Shown: positions 53,077 to 63,018 of the stretch, in pieces
Numbering within the stretch: the stretch's first letter is position 1
How the letters are laid out: each line of letters begins with the position of its first letter
Source of the DNA: a virus
Direction: 5' to 3' (one strand)
IMG/VR virus record: IMGVR_UViG_3300010413_000010
Span: 1-64,000 of that record
DNA length: 64,000 nt
The notes under the pieces: model-generated
Database searches by the model: none
Told to the model about the DNA's origin: nothing
What the model saw: only the letters and a program-made list of their open reading frames with translations
Program-made: the position numbers and the translations under genes

Positions 53077-53799
53077 ACCACCAGCTAAGACGGCATCTGC
53101 CAGATGGCACTGGATGTCGTGGACCTCGATGGGTTTAAGTTTCGTTCCAGAACCTCGCTCCTGAAGGGCCGTCTCGAAAACATTTTTAACCTGAACTAAA
53201 GCTTCCCTGAGAGGTTCGGGGCCGGGTGCTTTCCCTCCCGAGGTTATGAGCTCGGCACCTTTCGGCCGGATAGATCGAAAATCGAAATCGATTTCATTCT
53301 TTCCATAAAAGTAGGATTCTACCAGGACACGAATAGCTTCGGCCCAGCCTTCAATGGAATCCGGGATGAGGTAACGCTTTCGTCGATTTTTGTTCACACC
53401 TTGAACAGTAGGCAGGGCTGCTACATGCTGCCGCTGTACCGAGTACCCAACGCCGGTTCCAGATAAAAGGAGGAACATCGTCTCCCAAAACACACTGGGG
53501 TCATCCGCGTTTCGGAATGAACAGTTATATAACCGCACAGGGTTAACCTCGATGGCCTGTCCAGCGAACTGGATCGATCTCATAGAAGGGAGGATTTTCT
53601 TTGGTCGGACATAGACCTCATAGGCCAAGTCGATTTCGTTTTCAAGTTTCGGGAATCGTTTCAAGTGCATCGCCTTGTTGCGATCCACGATTTCATCCCA
53701 GGTCTCTCGTCTTTTTTTAATTGGCAGGTATCGGGCATACTTCATGAATGCGGTTAAACCGCTGAGGATATCCCGAGCAAGCTGCTCCTGTGTAAGCAT
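53077..53799 (-). CDS. nrdJ: class II ribonucleotide reductase, exon 1
   Basis: KYARY...RETWDE, LPSMR, YNCS, LLSGTGVGYS, PDSIEGW, GGKAPGPEPL; SD AAGGAG. Confidence 0.92.
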
Positions 53800-53939
53800 A
53801 TTAGCTCCTTGTGAGTAAAATTGTGTATGTGTTTCCGTGGAATTCCCCGGAACGGGGAGTAGAGGAAAGGCTTGTATTGTATCACGAACGGAGTTCCATC
53901 CGTGTCTCCCTGTTTTTTTGGGAAAGGAGAAAAGAGGGG

Positions 53940-53968
53940 TTGACACCCGCAACGTTACAGGTTATATT
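53940..53968 (+). promoter_or_regulatory. higBA promoter
   Basis: TTGACA-17-TATATT. Confidence 0.7.
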
Positions 53969-54000
53969 TACCTTATCGCTGCTGCGAATAAGGAGGCTTA

Positions 54001-54285
54001 ATGATTGGAAACTTCAGCCATAAAGGTCTGAAGGCTTTCTATGAAAACAGTTCAGTTAAGGGGGTCGCCCCGGAGCATGTAGGTCGGATTGATAGGATTT
54101 TATCGATCTTAGATTCCGCGACAAGCCTACATGACATTCAAAGCTTCCAGAGTTTAGGGTGTCATAGATTGCAAAAGGGAGAACTGAGAGGTTTTTACGC
54201 TGTAAAAGTAACTGGGAGTTGGCGGATTGTCTTCCGGTTCGAACACGGGAAAGCCATCGACGTGGGGTACGTGCAGTACCACTGA
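54001..54285 (+). CDS. higB: HigB/RelE-family toxin
   Basis: MI..F.HKGLK.FY, HRL..G.L.G.YAVKVTG.WRIVFRFE.G.A.DV.Y..YH. Confidence 0.92.
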   Translation: MIGNFSHKGLKAFYENSSVKGVAPEHVGRIDRILSILDSATSLHDIQSFQSLGCHRLQKGELRGFYAVKVTGSWRIVFRFEHGKAIDVGYVQYH

Positions 54286-54377
54286 TCCGATTGGGAGAAC
54301 GGCGCGATCCGGGGCTTCGGCCCCGGAGTTCTTATCCCGACTGAACTCTATAAGTAAAACTAATTAGGGGGTAAAAC

Positions 54378-54686
54378 ATGGCTAGGAGGAAACCGGAGCA
54401 TCCCGGTACTATTTTTAGGGAAGAGTTCCTTCAACCGCTGAAGATAACCGTCACTTCAGCTGCCGAACAATTGGGAGTTACACGTAAGACTCTCAGTGAA
54501 TTTCTGAATGAGAGGGCTGGCTGCTCTCCCGATATGGCTGTGCGTGTTGGACAGGCTACTGGGACTTCACCCCAGATGTGGCTGAACATGCAAACAAATC
54601 TTGACCTTTGGGTCTCTAGTCAAAAAGAAATAAATGTGATTCCTTTTGTACCGCATAATGAAAGTAGCATTATGTTAGAGGGATGA
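54378..54686 (+). CDS. higA: HigA antitoxin (Xre HTH)
   Basis: HPGTIFREEFL.PL, AAEQLGVTRKTLS, GTSPQMWLNMQ. Confidence 0.92.
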   Translation: MARRKPEHPGTIFREEFLQPLKITVTSAAEQLGVTRKTLSEFLNERAGCSPDMAVRVGQATGTSPQMWLNMQTNLDLWVSSQKEINVIPFVPHNESSIMLEG

Positions 54687-54709
54687 CCATCTCAGTGTGT
54701 GAAAGTTCC

Positions 54710-54742
54710 AACCCCTCGGCGCCGTCCGGGGGGTTTTCTTTT
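54710..54742 (+). terminator. intrinsic terminator of higBA
   Basis: AACCCCTCGG...CCGGGGGGTT followed by a T tract. Confidence 0.7.
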
Positions 54743-54779
54743 ATAGTAACTCGGATTATAGTAACCCCCGTTACTATAA
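54741..54779. repeat. TTATAGTAAC x2 direct plus one inverted copy
   Basis: 54741-50, 54756-65, and inverted 54770-79. Confidence 0.65.
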
Positions 54780-54783
54780 CTGC

Positions 54784-55452
54784 TTATGGGAGAATCTGAA
54801 GATTGATAATCTTTGGATCGCAATCCTTGTCCCACGGAAACCTGTTGTCTTTATCCGGCCATACCAACTGTAACGCTGGGAACCTTTTTACTCCATCGTA
54901 ATAGACGTCTGCCTGACAGAGATATTTATCTTTTGTTTCGTCATTCAGTTTCCTGAAATAGACAGGCACTTCGTTTTGAAGTAAGTCAGTGTACCTGATT
55001 TCTGGCCGGAACGTTCGATTATCTTCGGCAATCATCTCTACAAGATCACAGATAAAGGTGTGAGCCATTTGAAAACTGATACCGAAAATAATAATCTCTG
55101 GGTGACGATAAGTTTCAAATAGTCCAATGGAGTAGGTAAAGCACGGAGAATCTTCATCTTCTCCAACACCGATACCTGCCCATCCATATTCTGCTATGAG
55201 ACTTTTAACATCGTCCGGTAGTGATTTACATTTCCCCTGCGCCTCTTCATAGGCAAGCCAGTGAGTTACTTCATCGACGAGCCAGCCTCGGGTCCCGGAG
55301 AAGATGTCGCACTCTTTGTCCATCTCTTCGATGTACCTTCGCTCGTAAGTTCCTTCTGAGAATCCGGTATGCTCAAAATAGTAAACGACTTTTTGGCCGT
55401 GCGCTGGTTTCCGGTCACTCATCTTGATAAAATCGTCGAGGTTGTATCCCAT
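54784..55452 (-). CDS. DUF4262-domain protein with N-terminal DUF551-like module
   Basis: YGWA, FTYSIGL....HPEIIIFG, ALQLVWPD..RFPW; EVTHW. Confidence 0.75.
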   Translation of the reverse strand: MGYNLDDFIKMSDRKPAHGQKVVYYFEHTGFSEGTYERRYIEEMDKECDIFSGTRGWLVDEVTHWLAYEEAQGKCKSLPDDVKSLIAEYGWAGIGVGEDEDSPCFTYSIGLFETYRHPEIIIFGISFQMAHTFICDLVEMIAEDNRTFRPEIRYTDLLQNEVPVYFRKLNDETKDKYLCQADVYYDGVKRFPALQLVWPDKDNRFPWDKDCDPKIINLQILP

Positions 55453-55890
55453 AACTATTCCTCCGTCTTGTTGTATTTCCACGCAGCTTGAAATCCTGAC
55501 CATTTCGCCTTTATATCTCTGGCTACTTCTTCAAGTTGCGGGTCCTCTTCATAGTACATGTAATCTTCCCCATCAAAATCCAGGAAGTCGGGAACTTCAA
55601 AGAATGTTTCAAAGATACATTGACACTGTGATTTCATCTCTTGCACACCTCTTAGTAGACAGAATCCTGATTATATGAACCAGTTTACAGGTCCTTTCCG
55701 GCGTCTTTCCAGCCGTCCTCGGACCGTAGTTTGGCGCCTCCAATACGTAAGTCCAGTGCAATCTTCAGATAGTAATCTCTTTGGTCCTTATAGAAAAGAC
55801 CCAGACTTTCGGCATCTTCCAGGGCTTTCGACATATTGTCCATCTTAGAGGATAATTCAACCCGTTTTACCGCTCGTTCGATATCTGTCA

Positions 55891-56343
55891 TTACGCCTCC
55901 TGTATTTTGGTCAAATCTATCGGATGTTTCCGGTTTACGATTTTCCCTTTCTTAATAATCTCTTTAGCATACAGTTGCTCTCCGGTGAATTTATAATGAA
56001 GGTACGCAACCCGGCAGTCAAACGTTTTGCAGAGCTTTGGTAAATTATCATGGATACCACATTTTCCGTCTTCCAGGTATACGCAGTCTCCGTTTTTGCG
56101 CTGTGGAATCAGCCACGTCTCAGGCTCTTCACAGATTTTCTTTTTGAGTGGATGGGCTTGAATATCATCGATGGCCGCAAAGATTGTCACAGCAGAGTGA
56201 CTACAGCAGAGGTTACAGTTCCCACAGAATTTCCCGTGATATTGGTACTGCAGATACATCGTCGGGTCTTTTGGGATAGACACTGGTAACCCGGTAATTC
56301 CTTCCGTAATTAGAATGATATCATCTTGGCTCGTGTCTATCAT
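55891..56343 (-). CDS. YkgJ-family CxxCxxCC cysteine-cluster protein
   Basis: CGNCNLCC...CVYL..GKCGIH..P..CKTFDC. Confidence 0.8.
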   Translation of the reverse strand: MIDTSQDDIILITEGITGLPVSIPKDPTMYLQYQYHGKFCGNCNLCCSHSAVTIFAAIDDIQAHPLKKKICEEPETWLIPQRKNGDCVYLEDGKCGIHDNLPKLCKTFDCRVAYLHYKFTGEQLYAKEIIKKGKIVNRKHPIDLTKIQEA

Positions 56344-56645
56344 ACAGTCTCTGTCTCATCCTGATCGATCCAGCCAATAGTCAGGGACTCCCACGTATCG
56401 ACCGTTTTTTTATACACTAAGTAATCGCTTACTTTACGCAAAAGGATATAATTTAGGATCGCACTGCATAGTAGAAGAACATGCCAAATTGCAGTTGTTG
56501 GGGCGGAGCCTGTTTTTATCAGAAGAAATGCTGCAACAACTAAACGGCCTCCAGCCACCCCCATCAGTACTAAGCTACATGAAGAAAGGATCGAGGAAAC
56601 AAGAATTATTCTTCTGGTTTTCTTTGTCATCATCGTATTTTCCAT
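56340..56645 (-). CDS. 2-TM membrane protein
   Basis: Two hydrophobic helices. Confidence 0.5.
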   Translation of the reverse strand: MENTMMTKKTRRIILVSSILSSCSLVLMGVAGGRLVVAAFLLIKTGSAPTTAIWHVLLLCSAILNYILLRKVSDYLVYKKTVDTWESLTIGWIDQDETETV

Positions 56646-57715
56646 ACCTCCCCAGATTCCCGCTCTGGCAGATGTGGAAGTCTGATTTGTGGTTCAATCC
56701 AAACGGGTTTCTTCACTTCACCCTTGATCCGGTTCCCCGCCTCGTCTTTCCGTTTCCCATACCAGTAGTAATTGAAGTGTCCAGCTACTCTGATCTGGTA
56801 CTTGTAATCCTTCTTGTACCCGGCTTCGGCAAGCTGTGCCTGGACGTATTTTTTATATTTTCCGCCGACATAACGAACAACATAATCAGCTTCTTCCTTT
56901 AGCTGCCGTTCGGCTCTTCGACGTTTTTTCGGATTGGAAATTTTCTTTATGTAATCATGCGTCCAATCAGGACCAACCTTCTCAACATCATCTTGCAGTT
57001 CAAGATAAGCTCCCAGTGTAAAAACAAGGTTGATAATAACGTCGCGCATCTTGAGGAAAACATCTTTGTATTCCTTAGTATTAAGGGTTTGGTCTTCGCC
57101 AACATACTGGTCGTTTCTCCGGTCCCGCAACACTTCCGCGAGGGCTTCATTGGAGAACTCATGATCCTTTCGAATTGTCATGAAGGTGTACCCACTGCAG
57201 TGAATATGTTCTGGCGGTGTCATCTTGTCCGAGGACCACTCCTTGACTACTGTCCTTAAATCGGCAATCCGCAACAAGTAGTGATCCCCTTTTTCATGCC
57301 ATTGAACATGAATGGCTTCGATCCTTTCAACCTGATCCATTTCCGGGTGCCCGATATCTGCATGAGAAATATTGGGGTACAAGATAAAAGAATTCGACGG
57401 AAAGGCATCTGCAGGGAAGACCCCCCTGTAGCTGGTATTTACCAAAGCAAGCGCCAGATCGCGCTCCAACATTAAGACAGTCTTGGATTTTTTAAACTCT
57501 TTTGCCATGTAAGCATGAACTGCCATGAGGTTGTCCCGGAGGTCCATCTCCACATCTTTACCGAGGAGAGTATCAGCAAGGGGACCAACCCATTCTGGAT
57601 GCCCTTGGTTTGCATGTCTAAACGTCTCAATAAGTTCTTCCCGAGTCTTGGTTTTTGCTTCTTCAAGGAACCCGTCGAGGATTTCGAAGTAGTAGTCATG
57701 CAACTGCTTTTTCAT
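56630..57715 (-). CDS. conserved-type phage protein with C-terminal V.GHF..YWYG...VWIEP motif
   Basis: 361 aa; resembles the widespread RGHWR-type phage motif of unknown function. Confidence 0.65.
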   Translation of the reverse strand: MKKQLHDYYFEILDGFLEEAKTKTREELIETFRHANQGHPEWVGPLADTLLGKDVEMDLRDNLMAVHAYMAKEFKKSKTVLMLERDLALALVNTSYRGVFPADAFPSNSFILYPNISHADIGHPEMDQVERIEAIHVQWHEKGDHYLLRIADLRTVVKEWSSDKMTPPEHIHCSGYTFMTIRKDHEFSNEALAEVLRDRRNDQYVGEDQTLNTKEYKDVFLKMRDVIINLVFTLGAYLELQDDVEKVGPDWTHDYIKKISNPKKRRRAERQLKEEADYVVRYVGGKYKKYVQAQLAEAGYKKDYKYQIRVAGHFNYYWYGKRKDEAGNRIKGEVKKPVWIEPQIRLPHLPERESGEVWKIR

Positions 57716-57791
57716 AACTGTCCTTAATTTTTAATATTGAACATAGAAAGTTCCGGGGCCAGAGGCGGCCCCGGCATTTAAACAAATTCCT

Positions 57792-58817
57792 TTAACGGTA
57801 GGCAGGATTGTTGTACGATTGCTTTCTCTCACGTTGACGCATTGCAAACTCAATAGCAGGTTTTCGGCGCCAGTACTTTCTTCTCCCCCACTTCACGTCA
57901 GGGATTCCGCTGTTTGGTTGAAGGGTTTTCCCTGATATACGAATGGTCGCAAGAGAATATGGAGAGAAATCAGCGAACTCTTCCATGTCTACATACTCTT
58001 TACGAATGGCATCAGCCTCATCTTGGCACGTAACAACAGAACCATCAATAGCAATCTGATAATCAAAAGTAAGAGCTCCTGCTTTCGTCTTATTATAAGT
58101 CACAGCCAGGGCAGCAAGGTATTCTTCGCAGGAGTGGCATTGATCAAGGTCGAGCCCGTGACGCTCAAAGTTGGTCATAAATTTCTCTCGGTCGAATTTT
58201 GGATGTAGAATAAACATCAAAATTGCTTCGTTGAACGTAGCAGACCGATTATAGCCATCTCTGGTTATTGCGTAGCCTACCTCAAGGTATAGCTTCATGA
58301 GTGTATTATGTTCCTTTTCTCTTTCTGGGTTTTTTGCCCAGCGCCCAGCCTTGAAGTCTTTGTTCGCCCCTTTGTTCTCAACAAGGGCCTTCAGGGGATC
58401 AGGTCGCCAGAGATAGATTGATGGTAAAAGATTAACAGTATACTCATCCATGAATTCTTCTAAATAGAGGTACTGTTCCAGTTCCATCTTTGCATAGAGC
58501 TTTTGGTAATCCATCAGTGTCCAGCGAGACTGAGTAGTGTTCAATTTTGCGATAGCTGCTGGCAATTGTTTTTTCTGTAGGTCAGGAATCACCACTGCAG
58601 GTATTACCATTCCTTCTCGAACACCGGCGATGGCCCTGTGCTGTCCATCGAAGATTTCCCAACTCCCTCTGTGCTCTCGGACCGCAATAGGCATTAAAAA
58701 CCCAAACTGTCGTAGCGAATCTCTTAGCTTGTCAACCTGGTTTTCATCAATGTCGCGGTTGAACTCAAGGTACTTTAGTCTGTCGTAATCCTTCGGTGCA
58801 ATTGCAATCAAATTCAT
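57792..58817 (-). CDS. ParB/Srx N-terminal domain protein
   Basis: NRDID..V..L..S...GFLMPIAV, IFDGQHR. Confidence 0.8.
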   Translation of the reverse strand: MNLIAIAPKDYDRLKYLEFNRDIDENQVDKLRDSLRQFGFLMPIAVREHRGSWEIFDGQHRAIAGVREGMVIPAVVIPDLQKKQLPAAIAKLNTTQSRWTLMDYQKLYAKMELEQYLYLEEFMDEYTVNLLPSIYLWRPDPLKALVENKGANKDFKAGRWAKNPEREKEHNTLMKLYLEVGYAITRDGYNRSATFNEAILMFILHPKFDREKFMTNFERHGLDLDQCHSCEEYLAALAVTYNKTKAGALTFDYQIAIDGSVVTCQDEADAIRKEYVDMEEFADFSPYSLATIRISGKTLQPNSGIPDVKWGRRKYWRRKPAIEFAMRQRERKQSYNNPAYR

Positions 58818-58913
58818 TTTAACTCTCCCATAACTTTTGCATTTTCTGCGAGGTTATCCTAACATGATATGGCGAATTTGTACACAATTAAAAGTTTTTG
58901 ATTGATTACTTTC

Positions 58914-59507
58914 CTACGAGTTTATCCCTTTTCGGTAGATTGCCAAGGCTCTTTCAAACGCAGCAGATTTGTGGTATCCGCACGTCTCATATTCATAGCA
59001 ATATCCTCGATATATACAATCGGGAACACAGACATCATATATATCTGGGTCTACTCGCGCGACTTCATCAAGCACTTTTACCCAAGCTTCTCTTGTCTCT
59101 TTTGAAGCTTGATTACACAATCGTTTCCTCGATATATTGATTAAAGCTTGAGCGTTAGCTTCAAACTCATGCTCTACAAGAGCCCCTTGAGGAATCGTAT
59201 CTCGATCAATACCTGTTCTATCTGACCTTTGAGTTCTGACCCAGTGAACAATTCCGAGCCAATGTCGCACAAAATGGGTCGAGACCCAATAAGGGAGATT
59301 TCTCCATTTCACCTTCACAATTAGCTGTCGGATTGGCGAGTGTTCCGCCAGAAGCATCCGGCGCCGCCACTGTCGGGACGGATCACTCCTCCCCGGTTCC
59401 CGGTGGATGGTGGTCCTGGCAGCATCAGCTACATCCCGCCAGGACCCTTTCAGTTTTATGGGCTCACAGTAGGTTTGCACTTTTTTATCCACGCACAAAC
59501 TCCACAT
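58914..59507 (-). CDS. thyX: flavin-dependent thymidylate synthase-like protein
   Basis: AARTT, LAEHSPIR, STHFVRH, QRSDR, SRKRLC.QA..ETR. Confidence 0.75.
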   Translation of the reverse strand: MWSLCVDKKVQTYCEPIKLKGSWRDVADAARTTIHREPGRSDPSRQWRRRMLLAEHSPIRQLIVKVKWRNLPYWVSTHFVRHWLGIVHWVRTQRSDRTGIDRDTIPQGALVEHEFEANAQALINISRKRLCNQASKETREAWVKVLDEVARVDPDIYDVCVPDCIYRGYCYEYETCGYHKSAAFERALAIYRKGINS

Positions 59508-59925
59508 CTATAGCTCCGAGTTTTCCCTCAGATTCATTGATAATTACGCTGAGATAGTTCTTGCAGTCTTCATCCAAGGCAATAACAGTTTCATAATTCC
59601 CTTGGAGGTACTCTCGCTTGGTGCCATCGATACACTCAAACTCAGTGCCAGCGGGAATGACAATATCAGATTTTGTTCTAATCTTCACTCCCATCTTGCA
59701 CCTCCAACGCCGCAATAGTTACAAGAAGCCCTTCCCCGTCGATATAGAAAAAGTCTCCATCAGTATCAATAAAACTAACGAACAATAATCTCTCGCTTCC
59801 TCTAAAAACCGATATCTCGTGCATAAGTTCAGCACCATCCTTTGCCTCGGAGAGGATAGTCGTGTCCACAGCAGTTCCGTCGGGCTTCTGTGCGTGGATC
59901 AAGTATTCTGTTAAACATTCTGTTT

Positions 59926-60555
59926 TCATTCTTTAATCACCTTTACCTTTGAAATGTAATCGTCTCCGCGAGAAACCCGGAAGACCTTGTCGGAGTGCTC
60001 GATAACATCGCTCTCCTTATTGTGCGTGATCATGATGATCTGGAGCTCAAGCTTTTTACTGAGCGTCGAGACCATCTCCATTACTGCTTCCTGAAGGTTT
60101 TCAGAAACATGTTTAAAAGGCTCATCCAAGATAAACGTTGATCTAGTCAGGGGAGTTGAGATATTCCACAAAGCCAGTCGAAGGGCAAAGGCTGCTACAT
60201 CGACAACACCAAACCCTGAAGAAGCAAGCGGTGAGAACCGAACCCCGTTCCGGGTAAAGTAAAGAGAACATTCGGTCTTGCCCCGTTTTACTTCAAAATC
60301 AACTTCAAAATCGTAAGCCTCGTGTTGGTATACGATATCCAGCGCAGAGGTGACTATTGGCTCGATGGAGAGTTTTAACTTCTCCTGTGTCGCCAGGGCA
60401 ACCTCTTGGACGACCAACTGCCCCGCCTCTATATCCAGATATTCCTCATCGACATCTCCAAGCTGCTGAGTGATCTCCCGCGACTGCCGTCGCAAGATGT
60501 CACGCTGTCCTACAAGTTGCGAGATTTCTGTACCCATGCGTTCCATGCTGAACAC
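59926..60555 (-). CDS. SbcC/Rad50 C-terminal half
   Basis: SSGFG signature-like segment, Walker B FILDEPF, IIMITH. Confidence 0.85.
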   Translation of the reverse strand: MFSMERMGTEISQLVGQRDILRRQSREITQQLGDVDEEYLDIEAGQLVVQEVALATQEKLKLSIEPIVTSALDIVYQHEAYDFEVDFEVKRGKTECSLYFTRNGVRFSPLASSGFGVVDVAAFALRLALWNISTPLTRSTFILDEPFKHVSENLQEAVMEMVSTLSKKLELQIIMITHNKESDVIEHSDKVFRVSRGDDYISKVKVIKE

Positions 60556-60703
60556 TCGGTAACCTCCTCATCGTCTTTGAGCAGTTCGCTTAATTGAGAG
60601 GCCTGGTTAACGGCACTTTCCATAAGCTGCTGCCGGGGTATTTTCAGCTCTTCTTTTCGAAGAAGCTCCGCATAAATCAGACCTGTTGCAAGTTCTTTAA
60701 ATG

Positions 60704-61597
60704 TCATTCAAGCCACCCCATAATTAATAGACCGATTCCATCGTCAACATCATTCGTTCGGATGTATTTAAGGAGATTGTCTCGATAGTCGAGAGTCAGA
60801 CCGCGCACCTCTGAAAACTTCTTCCCGAGCGCTTCCAGCCGTTGATCTCTCGCCTCTTCATATTCAATGTGGGAATCATCAAGGATATCCCACTCTATTG
60901 GAACTGAGACGGCTTCAAGCTTCTTTGTAGCCGCATCGAAGACGAATACATGCGGACAATGCTCTTTTTGAGCCGCAGTATCGCGCTTGAAGCTCCCTGG
61001 GTTGATCAGGACTCTTCCATCCATTTCTTCGACGAAACACTGGTGATTGTCGCCGGTCAAAATGATGTCGTACTCTGGGAATTCCTTTAGGAGGTCTCTC
61101 GCTATTTTGCCGTCCATATGAGGGTCAGGTTCTTGGGAGACATACCCATGCCAGACAGCGATTTGAGTAATTGTTTTCAGTGCCGGAACATGCTCTATAA
61201 TTTCTCCGTAGTTGTATCCATAGACACGTACAGGATCGACCCCCTCTTCTTCTGTCTCGAAGGTCGTAGGCTTATCAAGTCTCCTGAACCGGCCGGTCTT
61301 TTCAAGAAAACCAAGAGTTGTTTTTTTCCAGAGCTCTATGTTGTGGTGGAGCTCGTCATGGTTACCGTAAACTCCATGTAGTAAGGGGAGCTCGTCATCC
61401 AGATACGAGGCGAAGGTGAGAGGTTCAGCCCTTTCCCTTGAGCGATCCACGATGTCTCCAGCGCAAATCTGAACGTAGTATGGAAAGGTTTCTCTGAGCC
61501 ACTTAATCAGCTTCCCTTGAGTAGTGAAATAATCATCCTTCCGTGCTACTGGGACGGTTGATCGCAAATGAAGGTCTGCAGAAAATACGAACTTCAT
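60704..61597 (-). CDS. SbcD/Mre11-like metallophosphoesterase nuclease
   Basis: ADLH, AGDIVD, GNHD, WHG, LTGDNH, INPGS. Confidence 0.88.
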   Translation of the reverse strand: MKFVFSADLHLRSTVPVARKDDYFTTQGKLIKWLRETFPYYVQICAGDIVDRSRERAEPLTFASYLDDELPLLHGVYGNHDELHHNIELWKKTTLGFLEKTGRFRRLDKPTTFETEEEGVDPVRVYGYNYGEIIEHVPALKTITQIAVWHGYVSQEPDPHMDGKIARDLLKEFPEYDIILTGDNHQCFVEEMDGRVLINPGSFKRDTAAQKEHCPHVFVFDAATKKLEAVSVPIEWDILDDSHIEYEEARDQRLEALGKKFSEVRGLTLDYRDNLLKYIRTNDVDDGIGLLIMGWLE

Positions 61598-61815
61598 TCA
61601 TCTTCCTCCATTTTAAATATCTTTTTAGCAGTTATAATTCCAACTACATAAAGAACTGTGACAGGCCAAAGGCAAGACATTATTAACGCTATGTCGTAAT
61701 CGTCTTCAACGTGGTCGTAGTGGGATACCCCGAAGTCCAGCTTCACGAAGACGCAGAAAGCGAGACCCCCGAGATACGCATACAGGGCGATGTAGAATAG
61801 GACTATTAAAAACAT
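61594..61815 (-). CDS. 2-TM membrane protein
   Basis: Hydrophobic helices, LWP motif. Confidence 0.5.
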   Translation of the reverse strand: MFLIVLFYIALYAYLGGLAFCVFVKLDFGVSHYDHVEDDYDIALIMSCLWPVTVLYVVGIITAKKIFKMEEDE

Positions 61816-63018
61816 TTATTCTCCTAGGCGGTGGCCACAGAGAATGCAGGAGTCTCCCATGGCCTCATCGAATTCTTCTATTAACTGGTTAAGAGTTGCC
61901 TCTTCCATCTCAATACCTTCTTGCAGTCCCTTCGCCTCAACATACAGGTTTTTGAGAGACTCAAGACTGGTGGCCGTTGATGTCAGCCGCCCCTGCTTTC
62001 GGTCGATTCTCGCAAAATCAATGTCAGGGAGCATTCTGCCGAGAACCCGTTGGATTTCTTCAATATGGCGGACAGCCCCGTCCATTTCTGACTTGTCTAT
62101 GAAAAGTGCCGATTCTTTAGCACATAGAGAAAGGGTTGAATCGATCTTTTTCGAGAGCCCCTCGACATTCTTCGGCATCGCATATTGAATTTTCAAAATT
62201 TGTGCGTATATATAGAAGATTTCTGCTTTTTCCTCTATGAGCGGATCAATCTTTGAAAGAGTCTTTTCTGCCCTGGCTATCCGTTTTTCAAGACGGGAGG
62301 CATCCGGCAAAGCAGCTATTTTTTCTTGAAGGGTATCTATTTTGGTGACAAGGTCCTGTAGAACAGCAATCTCACTGCTGAGTTCCCCTACCCTATTCTC
62401 GTACTCTTGAGATTTTTCGTAGAGGTCTATCAGGGTGTCTAAGTATTCATATTCCTGCTCTTTCTTCTGATTCTCTTCAAGATTTTTGAGTAGCCGTTTC
62501 CGTTCAGCCCGGTTCTGCCTGACAGATCGCTCGGCGTTTACTAATACTTGGTCTATAAGGTCAAGGTTGGTGTATGAGTTGATTCTCCGAATCACCTCCC
62601 CCGCACTTTCCCCAAACAGGAAGAAGTTGTCCTCCTGCTTCTGGACGTTCAATTCTCCAATATTTAGAAACTCTTGCACTTCTGGTACAGAGCCCCTCCC
62701 GAATGCTTTATATTCAACCTTCTCACCATCGATTTCACTGCTATAGCTATTCTCTACACCCTTCGTTCGAGTGACGGTTCCTTCGTCGGTGGTGATATCG
62801 ACAACTGCATTTTCTGTGGGCTTTTTCTTGGCATCCCACGTCCAGGAGGAGACAAAGGCCGTGCCGTCCGGCTTATTCTCGTTGACAAGATTCAGAGCTC
62901 TCATCACTGAGGACTTTCCGTGATCACTTGTTCCTATAAAGACATTCACACCAGGACAGAATTCAACTTCCGTGTCTTTATGACTTTGAAAATTTCTTAA
63001 TCGCACTTTTCGGATCAT
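61816..63018 (-). CDS. SbcC/Rad50 N-terminal half ending at the zinc hook
   Basis: NFQSH, Walker A GTSDHGKSS, Q-loop, coiled coil, terminal CILCG. Confidence 0.88.
   Translation of the reverse strand: MIRKVRLRNFQSHKDTEVEFCPGVNVFIGTSDHGKSSVMRALNLVNENKPDGTAFVSSWTWDAKKKPTENAVVDITTDEGTVTRTKGVENSYSSEIDGEKVEYKAFGRGSVPEVQEFLNIGELNVQKQEDNFFLFGESAGEVIRRINSYTNLDLIDQVLVNAERSVRQNRAERKRLLKNLEENQKKEQEYEYLDTLIDLYEKSQEYENRVGELSSEIAVLQDLVTKIDTLQEKIAALPDASRLEKRIARAEKTLSKIDPLIEEKAEIFYIYAQILKIQYAMPKNVEGLSKKIDSTLSLCAKESALFIDKSEMDGAVRHIEEIQRVLGRMLPDIDFARIDRKQGRLTSTATSLESLKNLYVEAKGLQEGIEMEEATLNQLIEEFDEAMGDSCILCGHRLGE

Noticed and set aside
53800-53940. Cobalamin riboswitch or NrdR box upstream of nrdJ
   Set aside because: The leader is too short and lacks a B12 box; no convincing NrdR palindrome, only a small GC hairpin
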